Positions 9,934 to 17,795 of a stretch of 32,120 nucleotides of DNA are shown here, in pieces; position 1 is the first letter of the stretch; each line of letters begins with the position of its first letter. The DNA is taken from the NCBI GenBank assembly GCA_964590575.1, contig CAZPWM010000032.1, forward strand, positions 1 through 32,120, in the 5' to 3' direction. Under the pieces are notes generated by a model. That model saw only the letters and a program-made list of their open reading frames with translations, was not told the DNA's origin and did no database searches. This stretch comes from an uncultured archaeon (GTDB lineage Archaea > Asgardarchaeota > Thorarchaeia > Thorarchaeales > Thorarchaeaceae). The translations under genes and the position numbers were made by a program.

Positions 9934-10455
9934 ATGACTGAACAAGCAAAAAGTGACCAGCCGGTCAATCACACACCGAGCTCTAGCTTTGCAAAGGAGA
10001 TTGAACAAGAGCCTGGCGGCGAAGGTATCATGCAGTGCATCCAATGTGGAATGTGTACTGCCTCATGTATGGTCGCTAGCGTAACCGAGAGATATCGGCC
10101 ACGAAAGCTCATTCAGAAGATTCTCCTTGGAAAGCGAGATGAAGTGCTGAATAGTGAGATGCCTTGGCTTTGCATGACGTGCAGACTCTGCGAAGAACGA
10201 TGTCAGGAAGATGTCCTCCTATCAGAGATATTCACAGCCGTACGAGAGATAGCTGCTCGTGAGGGTCATATCCCATCTGTTTTCCAGAATACTATCACCA
10301 AGGTCCTTGAAGATGGATGGCTTCTAAACGATGCCTACACAGACTTCGAGGAAGATGACCGTTCTGACCTTGGGCTTGATACTGACTTAGGTTGGAATAA
10401 CGAGTTTGTTAAGAAGCTCAAGAAGAAGTACTTCAATGGAGGCGCCAAAAAGTGA
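9934..10455 (+). CDS. hdrC: Heterodisulfide reductase subunit C
   Basis: CIQCGMCTASC and WLCMTCRLCEERC two-cluster motifs; directly before hdrB. Confidence 0.92.
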   Translation: MTEQAKSDQPVNHTPSSSFAKEIEQEPGGEGIMQCIQCGMCTASCMVASVTERYRPRKLIQKILLGKRDEVLNSEMPWLCMTCRLCEERCQEDVLLSEIFTAVREIAAREGHIPSVFQNTITKVLEDGWLLNDAYTDFEEDDRSDLGLDTDLGWNNEFVKKLKKKYFNGGAKK

Positions 10456-11318
10456 AAGAATATGTTCTTTATACTGGTTGTACAGCTCCAGTCCGACTTC
10501 CAGCCTATGAGAGAGCAGTTGAAGTTGTACTTGAGAAGCTTGGTATCCGCTTAACGACTATGAAAGATGCCAACTGTTGTGGCGCTCAATATGTCGAGTC
10601 AGTCAATCATGTTGCGTTTGCTGCAATGAGTGGAAGAATTCTAGCAATTGCGGAAAGTATGGACTTGGATATACTCGCAATATGCGGTGCTTGTTCAGGG
10701 TCTCTCAAACATGTGAAACATGATCTAGATCACAATGATGAGCTTCGTGCAGAGGTCAATGAAATATTGGCGGAGGAAGGTCTCAAATACACGGGCACAG
10801 TGCAGGTCAAGCATCTTCTCCAGATATTCAGAGAAGATATTGGTTATGACGCTATCAAGACTGCAGTCGTGAATCCCTACAAGGATATACGTCTTGCAGC
10901 ACATTATGGATGCCACGTGACACGACCTGAAGAGATAGTTCAGGTTGATGATGCTGAGAATCCGACAATTATTGATCGGATTATCGAAGCTGTGGGTGGT
11001 ACAGCTGTTGACTACACTGGTAAGACTCGTTGCTGCGGTGGACCATTACTTGCAATGGATGAAGAAGTGGGGAATGCCATAGGTAGGGACAAGATTGAGA
11101 ACATTCGAAATGAGAACGCAGATGGTATTGTCACTGCTTGTGTGTTCTGCGACATCCAGTTGACTCAGGTGCAGTTCGGACCAGAGGCTGGGGACAAACC
11201 AAAGATTCCTGTCATAACTCTCCCCCAGTTCCTAGGTCCTGCACTTGGAATCGATTTTGATTCTCTTGGTATTCATCTAAACAAGATTAGCCCAATGCCA
11301 ATTCTTGAAGCACATTAG
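10452..11318 (+). CDS. hdrB: Heterodisulfide reductase subunit B
   Basis: Two CCG domains: YTGC/NCCG/ICGAC and HYGCH/RCCGG/TACVFC; GTGA overlap with hdrC. Confidence 0.93.
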   Translation: MKEYVLYTGCTAPVRLPAYERAVEVVLEKLGIRLTTMKDANCCGAQYVESVNHVAFAAMSGRILAIAESMDLDILAICGACSGSLKHVKHDLDHNDELRAEVNEILAEEGLKYTGTVQVKHLLQIFREDIGYDAIKTAVVNPYKDIRLAAHYGCHVTRPEEIVQVDDAENPTIIDRIIEAVGGTAVDYTGKTRCCGGPLLAMDEEVGNAIGRDKIENIRNENADGIVTACVFCDIQLTQVQFGPEAGDKPKIPVITLPQFLGPALGIDFDSLGIHLNKISPMPILEAH

Positions 11319-11329
11319 GAGAAAAAAGA

Positions 11330-12628
11330 ATGAACAAATCAACAGCAAGTGCACTTGTTGTAGGTGGCGGAGTTGCAGGAATGCAAGCCGCGCTTGATAT
11401 AGCAAACCAAGGATTCAAGGTCTACCTAGTTGAGAGAGGTCCATCTATTGGTGGCCGTATGGCCATGCTCGACAAGACGTTCCCCACGCTAGATTGTAGT
11501 GCGTGCATATTGACACCAAAGCTGAGTGAGGTTTCCAGACATCCAAACATTCAGTTAATGACATACTCTGAGATTGGGAGTGTATCAGGAACAACTGGAG
11601 ATTTCAAAGTTAAAGTACGTCGAAAAGCGCGCTATGTCCGAGAGGACCTCTGCTCTGGATGTGGGGATTGTGAAGCAAACTGTCCAGTTGAAGTACCTAA
11701 TGAGTTCGATCAAGGAATAGGATTCCGAAAGGCTATCTATACTCCATTTCCTCAAGCCACTCCACATGTTTATACTGTTGACAAGGAGAATTGCACTGAT
11801 TGTGGAAGATGTGTTAAGGTCTGTGAGAGGAAAGCTATCAATATGGAAATGAAGGACAAAATTGTTAATCTTAAAGTGGGGGCAATAATAATCGCGACTG
11901 GCTTTGAGCTCTTTGATGTCACGCAATACCCCCGATTAGGATATGGACAGTATCCCAATGTTATACATGCAATGGAATTTGAAAGGTTGATTAACGCTGC
12001 TGGGCCAACTCATGGTCATCTCATTAGGCTCAGTGATGGAAAGAAACCGAAGTCAATTGCTTTCATTCAATGTGTAGGAGCTCGTGATGTACAGAAAGGA
12101 GTGCCCTTCTGTAGTAGAGTTTGCTGCATGTATTCAATTAAAAACGCTGTAATGGCTCTTGAGCACGATCCCGAAGCCGAAGTGTGGGTTTACTACGCTG
12201 ATATCCGTGCGTTTGGCAAAGGTTTCGAAGAATTTTATGAAATGGCTAAGAGTAGATTCGGTGTTCGTTTCGTCAGAGGTCGTGTTGCTGAGGTTATGGA
12301 GGGTAGAAGCTCCCATGATCTTATTGTCAAAGTCGAAGACACAAGCACATCTAAAGTTCGACTTATCGAGCACGATCTTGTTGTAATCAGTCCTGGAGTC
12401 GTTCCTTCGGAAGGAATGGACACCATGGCTAAAAAAATGGGATTAGAACAGAGCTGTGATGGTTACGTGGAGATCAGTCACTCGTTCTTTGGGCCAACAA
12501 TCACTAAAACTCCCGGAGTATTCGTATGTGGATGTGCAGACGGTCCAAAGGACATCCCCGATTCAGTGTCAGCGGGAAGTGCTGCCGCCATGAAAGCCAC
12601 CATCATTCTGGCTACCGGAGGAACATAA
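11330..12628 (+). CDS. hdrA: HdrA core paralogue (FAD domain + inserted ferredoxin; lacks N-terminal domain and C-terminal ferredoxin)
   Basis: Collinear with 7169-9916 minus the GltD insert: VVGGGVAG, TLDCSAC, CSGCGDC, CTDCGRC, CSRVCCMYSIK, GPKDIPDSV. Confidence 0.9.
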   Translation: MNKSTASALVVGGGVAGMQAALDIANQGFKVYLVERGPSIGGRMAMLDKTFPTLDCSACILTPKLSEVSRHPNIQLMTYSEIGSVSGTTGDFKVKVRRKARYVREDLCSGCGDCEANCPVEVPNEFDQGIGFRKAIYTPFPQATPHVYTVDKENCTDCGRCVKVCERKAINMEMKDKIVNLKVGAIIIATGFELFDVTQYPRLGYGQYPNVIHAMEFERLINAAGPTHGHLIRLSDGKKPKSIAFIQCVGARDVQKGVPFCSRVCCMYSIKNAVMALEHDPEAEVWVYYADIRAFGKGFEEFYEMAKSRFGVRFVRGRVAEVMEGRSSHDLIVKVEDTSTSKVRLIEHDLVVISPGVVPSEGMDTMAKKMGLEQSCDGYVEISHSFFGPTITKTPGVFVCGCADGPKDIPDSVSAGSAAAMKATIILATGGT

Positions 12629-12632
12629 GAAA

Positions 12633-14387
12633 ATGTCAGGATCGGAAGAAGAACCTAGAATTGGCGTGTTTATCTGCCACTGTGGGCATAACATAGCCGG
12701 TACTGTTGATGTCGAAGATGTAGCAAAGATGGCTTCTAAACTGCCACATGTTGTATTTTCAACAGATTCGATGTTCATGTGCTCGGATGCCGGGCAGATG
12801 CTCATCAAGGATAGCATAAAGGAGCATAAGCTCAACCGTGTGGTTGTGGCAAGCTGCTCTCCTCGAATGCACGAGCCCACATTCAGGCGAGTTGTTGAAG
12901 AGGCTGGTATGAACAGGTATCTGTTTGACCAAGTCAATCTTCGTGAGCATGTGTCATGGTGTCATATGAGAGAACCAGAACTTGCGACAGAGAAAGCCAA
13001 AGACCTTGTGAGAATGTCTGTCGCACGGGCTGCGAAGTTAGAAAATCTTCCAATCAAGACAGTAAGTGTCCTACCCAAAACAATGGTTGTGGGTGGAGGA
13101 ATTGCTGGTCTAAGAGCCTCCTTAGACATTGCTGAGAGAGGATTTGATGTTTTGCTAATCGAGAAGGCTGAAAAGCTTGGTGGCAATGTTGCTAAATGGA
13201 CACATCTATTCCCCTCAGACGAATCGGGTGCTGATATCATCCAACCTCTTATTCGTGATGTGAAAAAACACAATCGAATCAAGATACTAACAAGCAGTAA
13301 GGTGTCCGAGTTCGATGGCTATATTGGGAACTTCGGAGTTACAGTGAAGAACCTGAAGACTGAGAAGGAACAGAGGTTCGAGGTGGGTGCAGTGATTGTA
13401 ACCACTGGATTTGAACCCTTCAAACCTGCAGGTTACTATGCCTATGGTGAGTCTCCTGACATTATCACCTTGGCTGAACTCCAAGAACTTACTCCACGTG
13501 AACAACTTGTTAAACCTAGTGATGGAAAACCAGTGAAGAATGTTGTCTTCATTGGATGTGTAGGGTCTCGCGAACCAGGAGTCAAAGGTCACGAGCACTG
13601 CTCACGTCACTGTTGCTCAGCCACAGCGAAAGCCGCATCAGACTTGAGAGACCGCGTTGATGAGGTCATCGTATTATACCAAGACATTCGAACCTATGGG
13701 AAGGGTCATGAAGAGTTCCAAAGAATGGCCCGACAGAAACATGTCATTTACAGTAAGTTTCCTCTGGAAGCGCATCCTGAGATTTCTGTAAAGAAAGGCA
13801 AGATCAAGATGAAGTGGTATGACGTTCTAGCTGCTGAAGATTTGGAGTTTGAACCAGACCTTGTTGTTCTTGCCACCGCCATGATTCCCCCTGAGGATGT
13901 TGAAGAAACTTCACACATGTTCAGCCTAACTCGCAGTGGTGATGGCTTTTTCAATCCTGAGCACATCAAACTAGCTCCACTAACAACCCACACAGCTGGT
14001 GTGATGATTGCAGGAGCTGCGCAGGCAGCTAAGAACGCTTCTGAGTCAGTCATTGATGCAAGCGGCGCGGCAGCAAAGGCTGTTAGCCTCATGGCACAGG
14101 GTGAGGTTGAGATTGAATCGACGGTTTCGCATGTCATTCCTGAACTCTGTTCCAGCTGCCACACTTGTCTTACCGCTTGTCCCTATGGTGCCATCGCAAT
14201 GGATGAAACCAAGGACCCACCGGTTGCTTTTGTGACAGAGGCGAAGTGCCATGGTTGTGGAACATGTGCAGCCGCCTGCCCAAGCAGTGCAATTGTGATG
14301 TATCACTCAACAGATGACCAGATTCTAACAATGGTGGAAGCCTTTCTATGTCCTGCACCTGAGGTTGGAGGAGGCGGTTCAGCATGA
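12633..14387 (+). CDS. hdrA: HdrA-like subunit (N-terminal Cys domain, FAD domain, C-terminal ferredoxin; lacks TLDC motif and inserted ferredoxin)
   Basis: RIGVFICHCGHNIAG, MCS, ASCSPRMHE, NLREHVSW, VVGGGIAG, CSRHCC, CSSCHTCLTACP, CHGCGTCAAACP. Confidence 0.88.
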   Translation: MSGSEEEPRIGVFICHCGHNIAGTVDVEDVAKMASKLPHVVFSTDSMFMCSDAGQMLIKDSIKEHKLNRVVVASCSPRMHEPTFRRVVEEAGMNRYLFDQVNLREHVSWCHMREPELATEKAKDLVRMSVARAAKLENLPIKTVSVLPKTMVVGGGIAGLRASLDIAERGFDVLLIEKAEKLGGNVAKWTHLFPSDESGADIIQPLIRDVKKHNRIKILTSSKVSEFDGYIGNFGVTVKNLKTEKEQRFEVGAVIVTTGFEPFKPAGYYAYGESPDIITLAELQELTPREQLVKPSDGKPVKNVVFIGCVGSREPGVKGHEHCSRHCCSATAKAASDLRDRVDEVIVLYQDIRTYGKGHEEFQRMARQKHVIYSKFPLEAHPEISVKKGKIKMKWYDVLAAEDLEFEPDLVVLATAMIPPEDVEETSHMFSLTRSGDGFFNPEHIKLAPLTTHTAGVMIAGAAQAAKNASESVIDASGAAAKAVSLMAQGEVEIESTVSHVIPELCSSCHTCLTACPYGAIAMDETKDPPVAFVTEAKCHGCGTCAAACPSSAIVMYHSTDDQILTMVEAFLCPAPEVGGGGSA

Positions 14388-14830
14388 CAACAACAATGAC
14401 TGAAACTGCTGCTTCAAAGAAAGAATGGGAACCCAAGATTATGGCGTACTGCTGTAACTGGTGTTCATACGCGGGTGCTGACCTAGCAGGTACTAGCAGG
14501 ATTCAATACCCTACCAATGCAAGAATTCTACGTGTGAACTGTACTGGGCGTATCAGTCCTGAGTTCATTTTAGCTGCTCTTAATATGGGCGCAGACGGAG
14601 TACTTGTTTCCGGGTGCCACCCCGGAGATTGTCATTATACCAGTGGAAATCTCAAAGCCCGAGCACGATGGGCATTGATGGAAACTGCCATTGAACAGGC
14701 TGGAGTTGATCCTCGCAGGGTCCGACTTCAGTGGGCAAGCGCATCAGAAGCGCAGATATTCGCTGACGGTGTAAGAAAACTTACTGAACAAGTTAGAGAA
14801 CTAGGTCCAATAAGGAGGAACTGGAAATGA
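14384..14830 (+). CDS. mvhD: [2Fe-2S] MvhD/VhuD adaptor subunit
   Basis: CCNWCSYAGAD, RVNCTGR, GADGVLVSGCHPGDCHY, WASASE; all ligands are Cys codons. Confidence 0.95.
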   Translation: MTTTMTETAASKKEWEPKIMAYCCNWCSYAGADLAGTSRIQYPTNARILRVNCTGRISPEFILAALNMGADGVLVSGCHPGDCHYTSGNLKARARWALMETAIEQAGVDPRRVRLQWASASEAQIFADGVRKLTEQVRELGPIRRNWK

Positions 14831-15063
14831 GCAGAATGTTTGCACAATACTTTACTCAAAAACGTGGTGACGTTCGCAAGCAACGAAAAGCTATTGAGGA
14901 CTTCCTCAAGGGCGGTCCTGCTGCAGTATCGAAGATAGCTGAAGCAACTAAGTTTGAAACAGATCTTGTAGTCTGGAATCTCATGGGTATGCTCCGTTGG
15001 GGGCAGGTTGAGGTTGCGGGTGAAGAGGAACACGAGCTGGTATACGTACTGAAGGAGGTCTAA
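14827..15063 (+). CDS. Small winged-HTH-like protein inside the hdr-vhu operon
   Basis: 78 aa; ATGA overlap with mvhD; IEDFLKGGP-AVSKIAEAT-helix-GQVEV pattern resembles a wHTH; its 3' end carries the GGAGG SD for vhuG. Confidence 0.7.
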   Translation: MSRMFAQYFTQKRGDVRKQRKAIEDFLKGGPAAVSKIAEATKFETDLVVWNLMGMLRWGQVEVAGEEEHELVYVLKEV

Positions 15064-15065
15064 GC

Positions 15066-15989
15066 TTGGCGGATCCAGTTTCTATTGCAATGGGTCAAGG
15101 TAGCTCTTGTTGGGGATGTTTCCAGAGTTTAGTTGATATCCACCTCAACTTAGCTACAGTTCTCCCAGCACTAGAGATCAAGTACTGGCAAGCTGTTGCT
15201 GACTTTAAGCTCCATCACCTCGAGAGTTATGAGGACAAATCGATAGTTGTTGGCCTCTTCGAAGGAATGGCCCGGACTGAAGAAGACATTCACCTTCTCA
15301 AATTGATGCGAGAGAAATGCCAGGTATTGATTTCATTCGGTTCCTGTTCTTGTTTCGGCGGGATTCCGGGTCTAGCAAACTTTTCTGACATAGAGGAGTG
15401 CCTTGATGTCAAGTTTCGTGAGAATGCCACCGTGACCGGTGGAAAGGTTCCAAGTGAGAACCTGCCCGGTATTGCTCCTGTGGTTAAACCTAACACTTCC
15501 TTTGTTGATTTTGACATTTTCCTTCCAGGATGCCCACCTACATCGAAACTAATTCTCACTGCGGTAACTAAGCTACTGGCTGGGGAACCAATTGAACTCC
15601 CACCACACACAGTATGCCATTATTGCAATCGCGAGAAGAAAGAAACACCCATTGAGAAAATTCTCCGCCCCTATCAAGGGATTGCAGACCCTGACAGATG
15701 CCTGCTGGAGCAAGGTTACATCTGTGTAGGTTCCGCTACTTGGGGGTTGTGCGAAGGTCAGTGTGTGAACAAGGGTGCAACTTGCAGAGGTTGCTTTGGA
15801 CCACCTCCGCCAATAATGCAGGACCATGGTGCTAACTCGATGGCTATGCTTGGTACATACGCTCCTCTTCCACCTGAGGAGATAAAGGAACAGGTGAAGG
15901 ACCCATTGGGTACTTTCTATCGCTTCGATTATGCCACTAGTAACTTAGGAGAAATGCGAATCAAGCGTGAGGAGGTCAAGAACAGATGA
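15066..15989 (+). CDS. vhuG: Group 3c [NiFe(Se)] hydrogenase small subunit
   Basis: SCWGC, FEG, GSCSCFGGIPGL, PGCPP, TVCHYC, CLLEQGYICVG, CRGCFGP; TTG start. Confidence 0.92.
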   Translation: MADPVSIAMGQGSSCWGCFQSLVDIHLNLATVLPALEIKYWQAVADFKLHHLESYEDKSIVVGLFEGMARTEEDIHLLKLMREKCQVLISFGSCSCFGGIPGLANFSDIEECLDVKFRENATVTGGKVPSENLPGIAPVVKPNTSFVDFDIFLPGCPPTSKLILTAVTKLLAGEPIELPPHTVCHYCNREKKETPIEKILRPYQGIADPDRCLLEQGYICVGSATWGLCEGQCVNKGATCRGCFGPPPPIMQDHGANSMAMLGTYAPLPPEEIKEQVKDPLGTFYRFDYATSNLGEMRIKREEVKNR

Positions 15990-17302
15990 CCGAAGACAAA
16001 ACAATCCGAATTGATCCAGTGACTCGACTCGAAGGACATGGATCGCTCACGATAAAGCTTGGAAAGGATAACAAGATCAAAGACGTGCAGTTCAATGTGA
16101 ACTCTACTCGATTCTTTGAGAAGTTTCTTGAGGGTCGCCCAATGGAGGAGGCCCCCAGAATCGCTCCAAGAATCTGTGGTATCTGTCCAATCCCCCACCA
16201 TCTTGCATCTGTCAAGGCTGTCGAGGCGGCATGGGATGTTACTCCAACTCCAACCGCAGTCAAGCTACGTAGACTGATGATTGAGGCGAAGCAGTTCTCC
16301 TCTCATGTCATTCACTTCTATGCGCTTGCTGCTCCAGACTTCGTCTATGGACCTTTCGCAAACCCTGCAGATAGGAACGTTGCCGCGGTGTTGAGAGACT
16401 TACCGGAAGTCGCAGTACAAGCAATCAAGATGATGGAATTTGGCCAAGAGTTGATCAAGACTGTTGGTGCCAAAGCAATCCATCCAACAACTGCAATTCC
16501 AGGCGGCATGCTCACATCTCTGAAGGAAGAGGACCGTGACTTTTTCCTCGGACGCCTTGAAGAGGTCCAGCAACTCACACTGAATACTGTGGATCTAGCA
16601 AAGAAAGTCGTAACCGATTACCTAGATGTAATTACAAAGGTCGCAGTCACTCCTACATACTACATTGGTCTCTCCAACAAGGGGACACTCGATATCTATG
16701 ATGGAACTGTTCGTGTGATGGACCCAGATGGCAAGATTGTCGCTGACTTCGAACCGAAGGACTACACCAAGTACTACGGTGAACATGTAGCAAAGCACAG
16801 CTATGCAACTCATATTTACTACAAACCAGCTGGATACCCCGAAGGTATCTGGAGAGCCAATACCCTGGCACGATGCAACGTCAACGAGAGGATGGCAACG
16901 CCGCTTGCTGACGCCGCGCTCAAGGAGATGCGTGAGCTCATTGGTCGACCATCGCATCACACTTTTGCATTCCATTATGCTAGGATTGTCGAAATTGTCC
17001 AAGCGTTCGAGTCGATTGCTGGACTCCTGAATGATCCCGATATCTGTGACACTGATGTGAAAGTATCCGACGTTGAACCCAAGGCCGGTAACGGTGTTGG
17101 AATCGTAGAGGCGCCACGAGGAATTCTGATGCATAATTATGTGTCAGACGACAAGGGAATGCTTACCAAGGCAAATCTAATCGTTGCAACAAACAACAAC
17201 ATTGCTGGCATTGAGAAGAGCCTCATGACAGCAGCAAAACAGATCTTCGAAGACAATGCCCTTGAGAGCATTGTTCTTCCCGAACCAATGGTGAAGAGGT
17301 AA
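15986..17302 (+). CDS. vhuA: Group 3c hydrogenase large subunit, split type (C-terminal Ni-binding motif absent)
   Basis: PVTRLEGH, RFFEKF, L1 motif PRICGICP, EAPRG, NLIVATNNN; ends at TAA with no DPCxxCxxH. Confidence 0.93.
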   Translation: MTEDKTIRIDPVTRLEGHGSLTIKLGKDNKIKDVQFNVNSTRFFEKFLEGRPMEEAPRIAPRICGICPIPHHLASVKAVEAAWDVTPTPTAVKLRRLMIEAKQFSSHVIHFYALAAPDFVYGPFANPADRNVAAVLRDLPEVAVQAIKMMEFGQELIKTVGAKAIHPTTAIPGGMLTSLKEEDRDFFLGRLEEVQQLTLNTVDLAKKVVTDYLDVITKVAVTPTYYIGLSNKGTLDIYDGTVRVMDPDGKIVADFEPKDYTKYYGEHVAKHSYATHIYYKPAGYPEGIWRANTLARCNVNERMATPLADAALKEMRELIGRPSHHTFAFHYARIVEIVQAFESIAGLLNDPDICDTDVKVSDVEPKAGNGVGIVEAPRGILMHNYVSDDKGMLTKANLIVATNNNIAGIEKSLMTAAKQIFEDNALESIVLPEPMVKR

Positions 17303-17348
17303 AGGCCATACCTCATGATTATAAAGAAAAAAAGAAACGTGAAAAACT

Positions 17349-17501
17349 ATGTCGGAAGAAATTCCTGAAGGAATACTGAACCTCATCGAGATGGTGGTTC
17401 GGTGTTACGACTGCTGACTATCCTGCGGCGCTCATTTCGTCATTGTAGACGATGAGGGTCGCGAGATTGTCAGGAAGGAGCTTGTGACTGGCGGCGGATG
17501 A
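17349..17501 (+). CDS. vhuU: Selenocysteine-containing VhuU peptide completing the [NiFeSe] active site (absent from ORF track)
   Basis: MSEEIPEGILNLIEMVVRCYDC-U(TGA 17415-17417)-LSCGAHFVIVDDEGREIVRKELVTGGG-stop. Matches VhuU NLIE..R.YD.U.SC.AH; lies 46 nt after vhuA; SECIS-like hairpin follows. Confidence 0.93.
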
Positions 17502-17544
17502 AGACGCGGTCGTAAACTAACGGACCGGGTCTGACAACCCTGCT
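17490..17544 (+). promoter_or_regulatory. Eukaryote-like SECIS element of vhuU
   Basis: ATGA core 17498-17501 opposite TGAC 17532-17535; stem GAC/GTC, G.G mismatch, CGGTC/GACCG, GT/AC; apical AAA at 17514-17516, 12 nt from the core; lower helix GCGG/CTGC. Confidence 0.85.
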
Positions 17545-17545
17545 C

Positions 17546-17583
17546 GGGTGTGCTTGTCACACTCCTTCCCTCCTTTCTCTTTT
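17546..17583 (+). repeat. Hairpin + pyrimidine-tract element, copy R1
   Basis: GGGTGTG-CTTGT-CACACTCCTTCCCTCCTTTCTCTTTT directly after the SECIS. Confidence 0.75.
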
Positions 17584-17642
17584 CACTAATTAAGAATAGT
17601 AGAATATATGAGCAGTATAGTTACTATCGTAGTGAGAGGAGA

Positions 17643-17795
17643 ATGACAAGCACTATTGCTGAACAAGTGAGGCACAGAAGAGACCTTGACCAGGTAAGAA
17701 CAGCTATCGAAGCTAGACGTTATACAGGTCTTGAAACTCTGATCATGGGGCTAAAACTCTCTGCTTTGGCTTTGCGGATTGCAGGTGATAAATAG
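17643..17795 (+). CDS. Small 50-aa protein abutting the nucleotidyltransferase gene (possible TA-type partner)
   Basis: ATG at 17643 with GAGAGGAG just upstream; TAG stop directly followed by the next ATG. Confidence 0.55.
   Translation: MTSTIAEQVRHRRDLDQVRTAIEARRYTGLETLIMGLKLSALALRIAGDK

Noticed and set aside
15986-17302. vhuA as a truncated pseudogene
   Set aside because: The missing C-terminal motif is encoded by the adjacent vhuU; a split large subunit is the known Vhu arrangement.
17177-17386. Minus-strand 69-aa ORF over the vhuA/vhuU junction
   Set aside because: Antisense shadow of two well-supported plus-strand genes.
7169-17501. Evidence of methanogenesis
   Set aside because: Hdr/Mvh/Fdh and corrinoid methyltransferases occur widely in non-methanogens; no mcr or mtr genes in the window.
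17550-17642. GTG-started N-terminal extension of the small ORF
   Set aside because: Starts inside repeat R1 and translates a low-complexity pyrimidine tract.
17349-17795. Triple-UGA readthrough fusing VhuU to the 17550-17795 ORF (all in one frame)
   Set aside because: TGA 17499 and TGA 17532 form the SECIS core, and the intervening translation crosses the hairpin and pyrimidine repeat with no protein-like signal; the downstream ORF has its own ATG at 17643.
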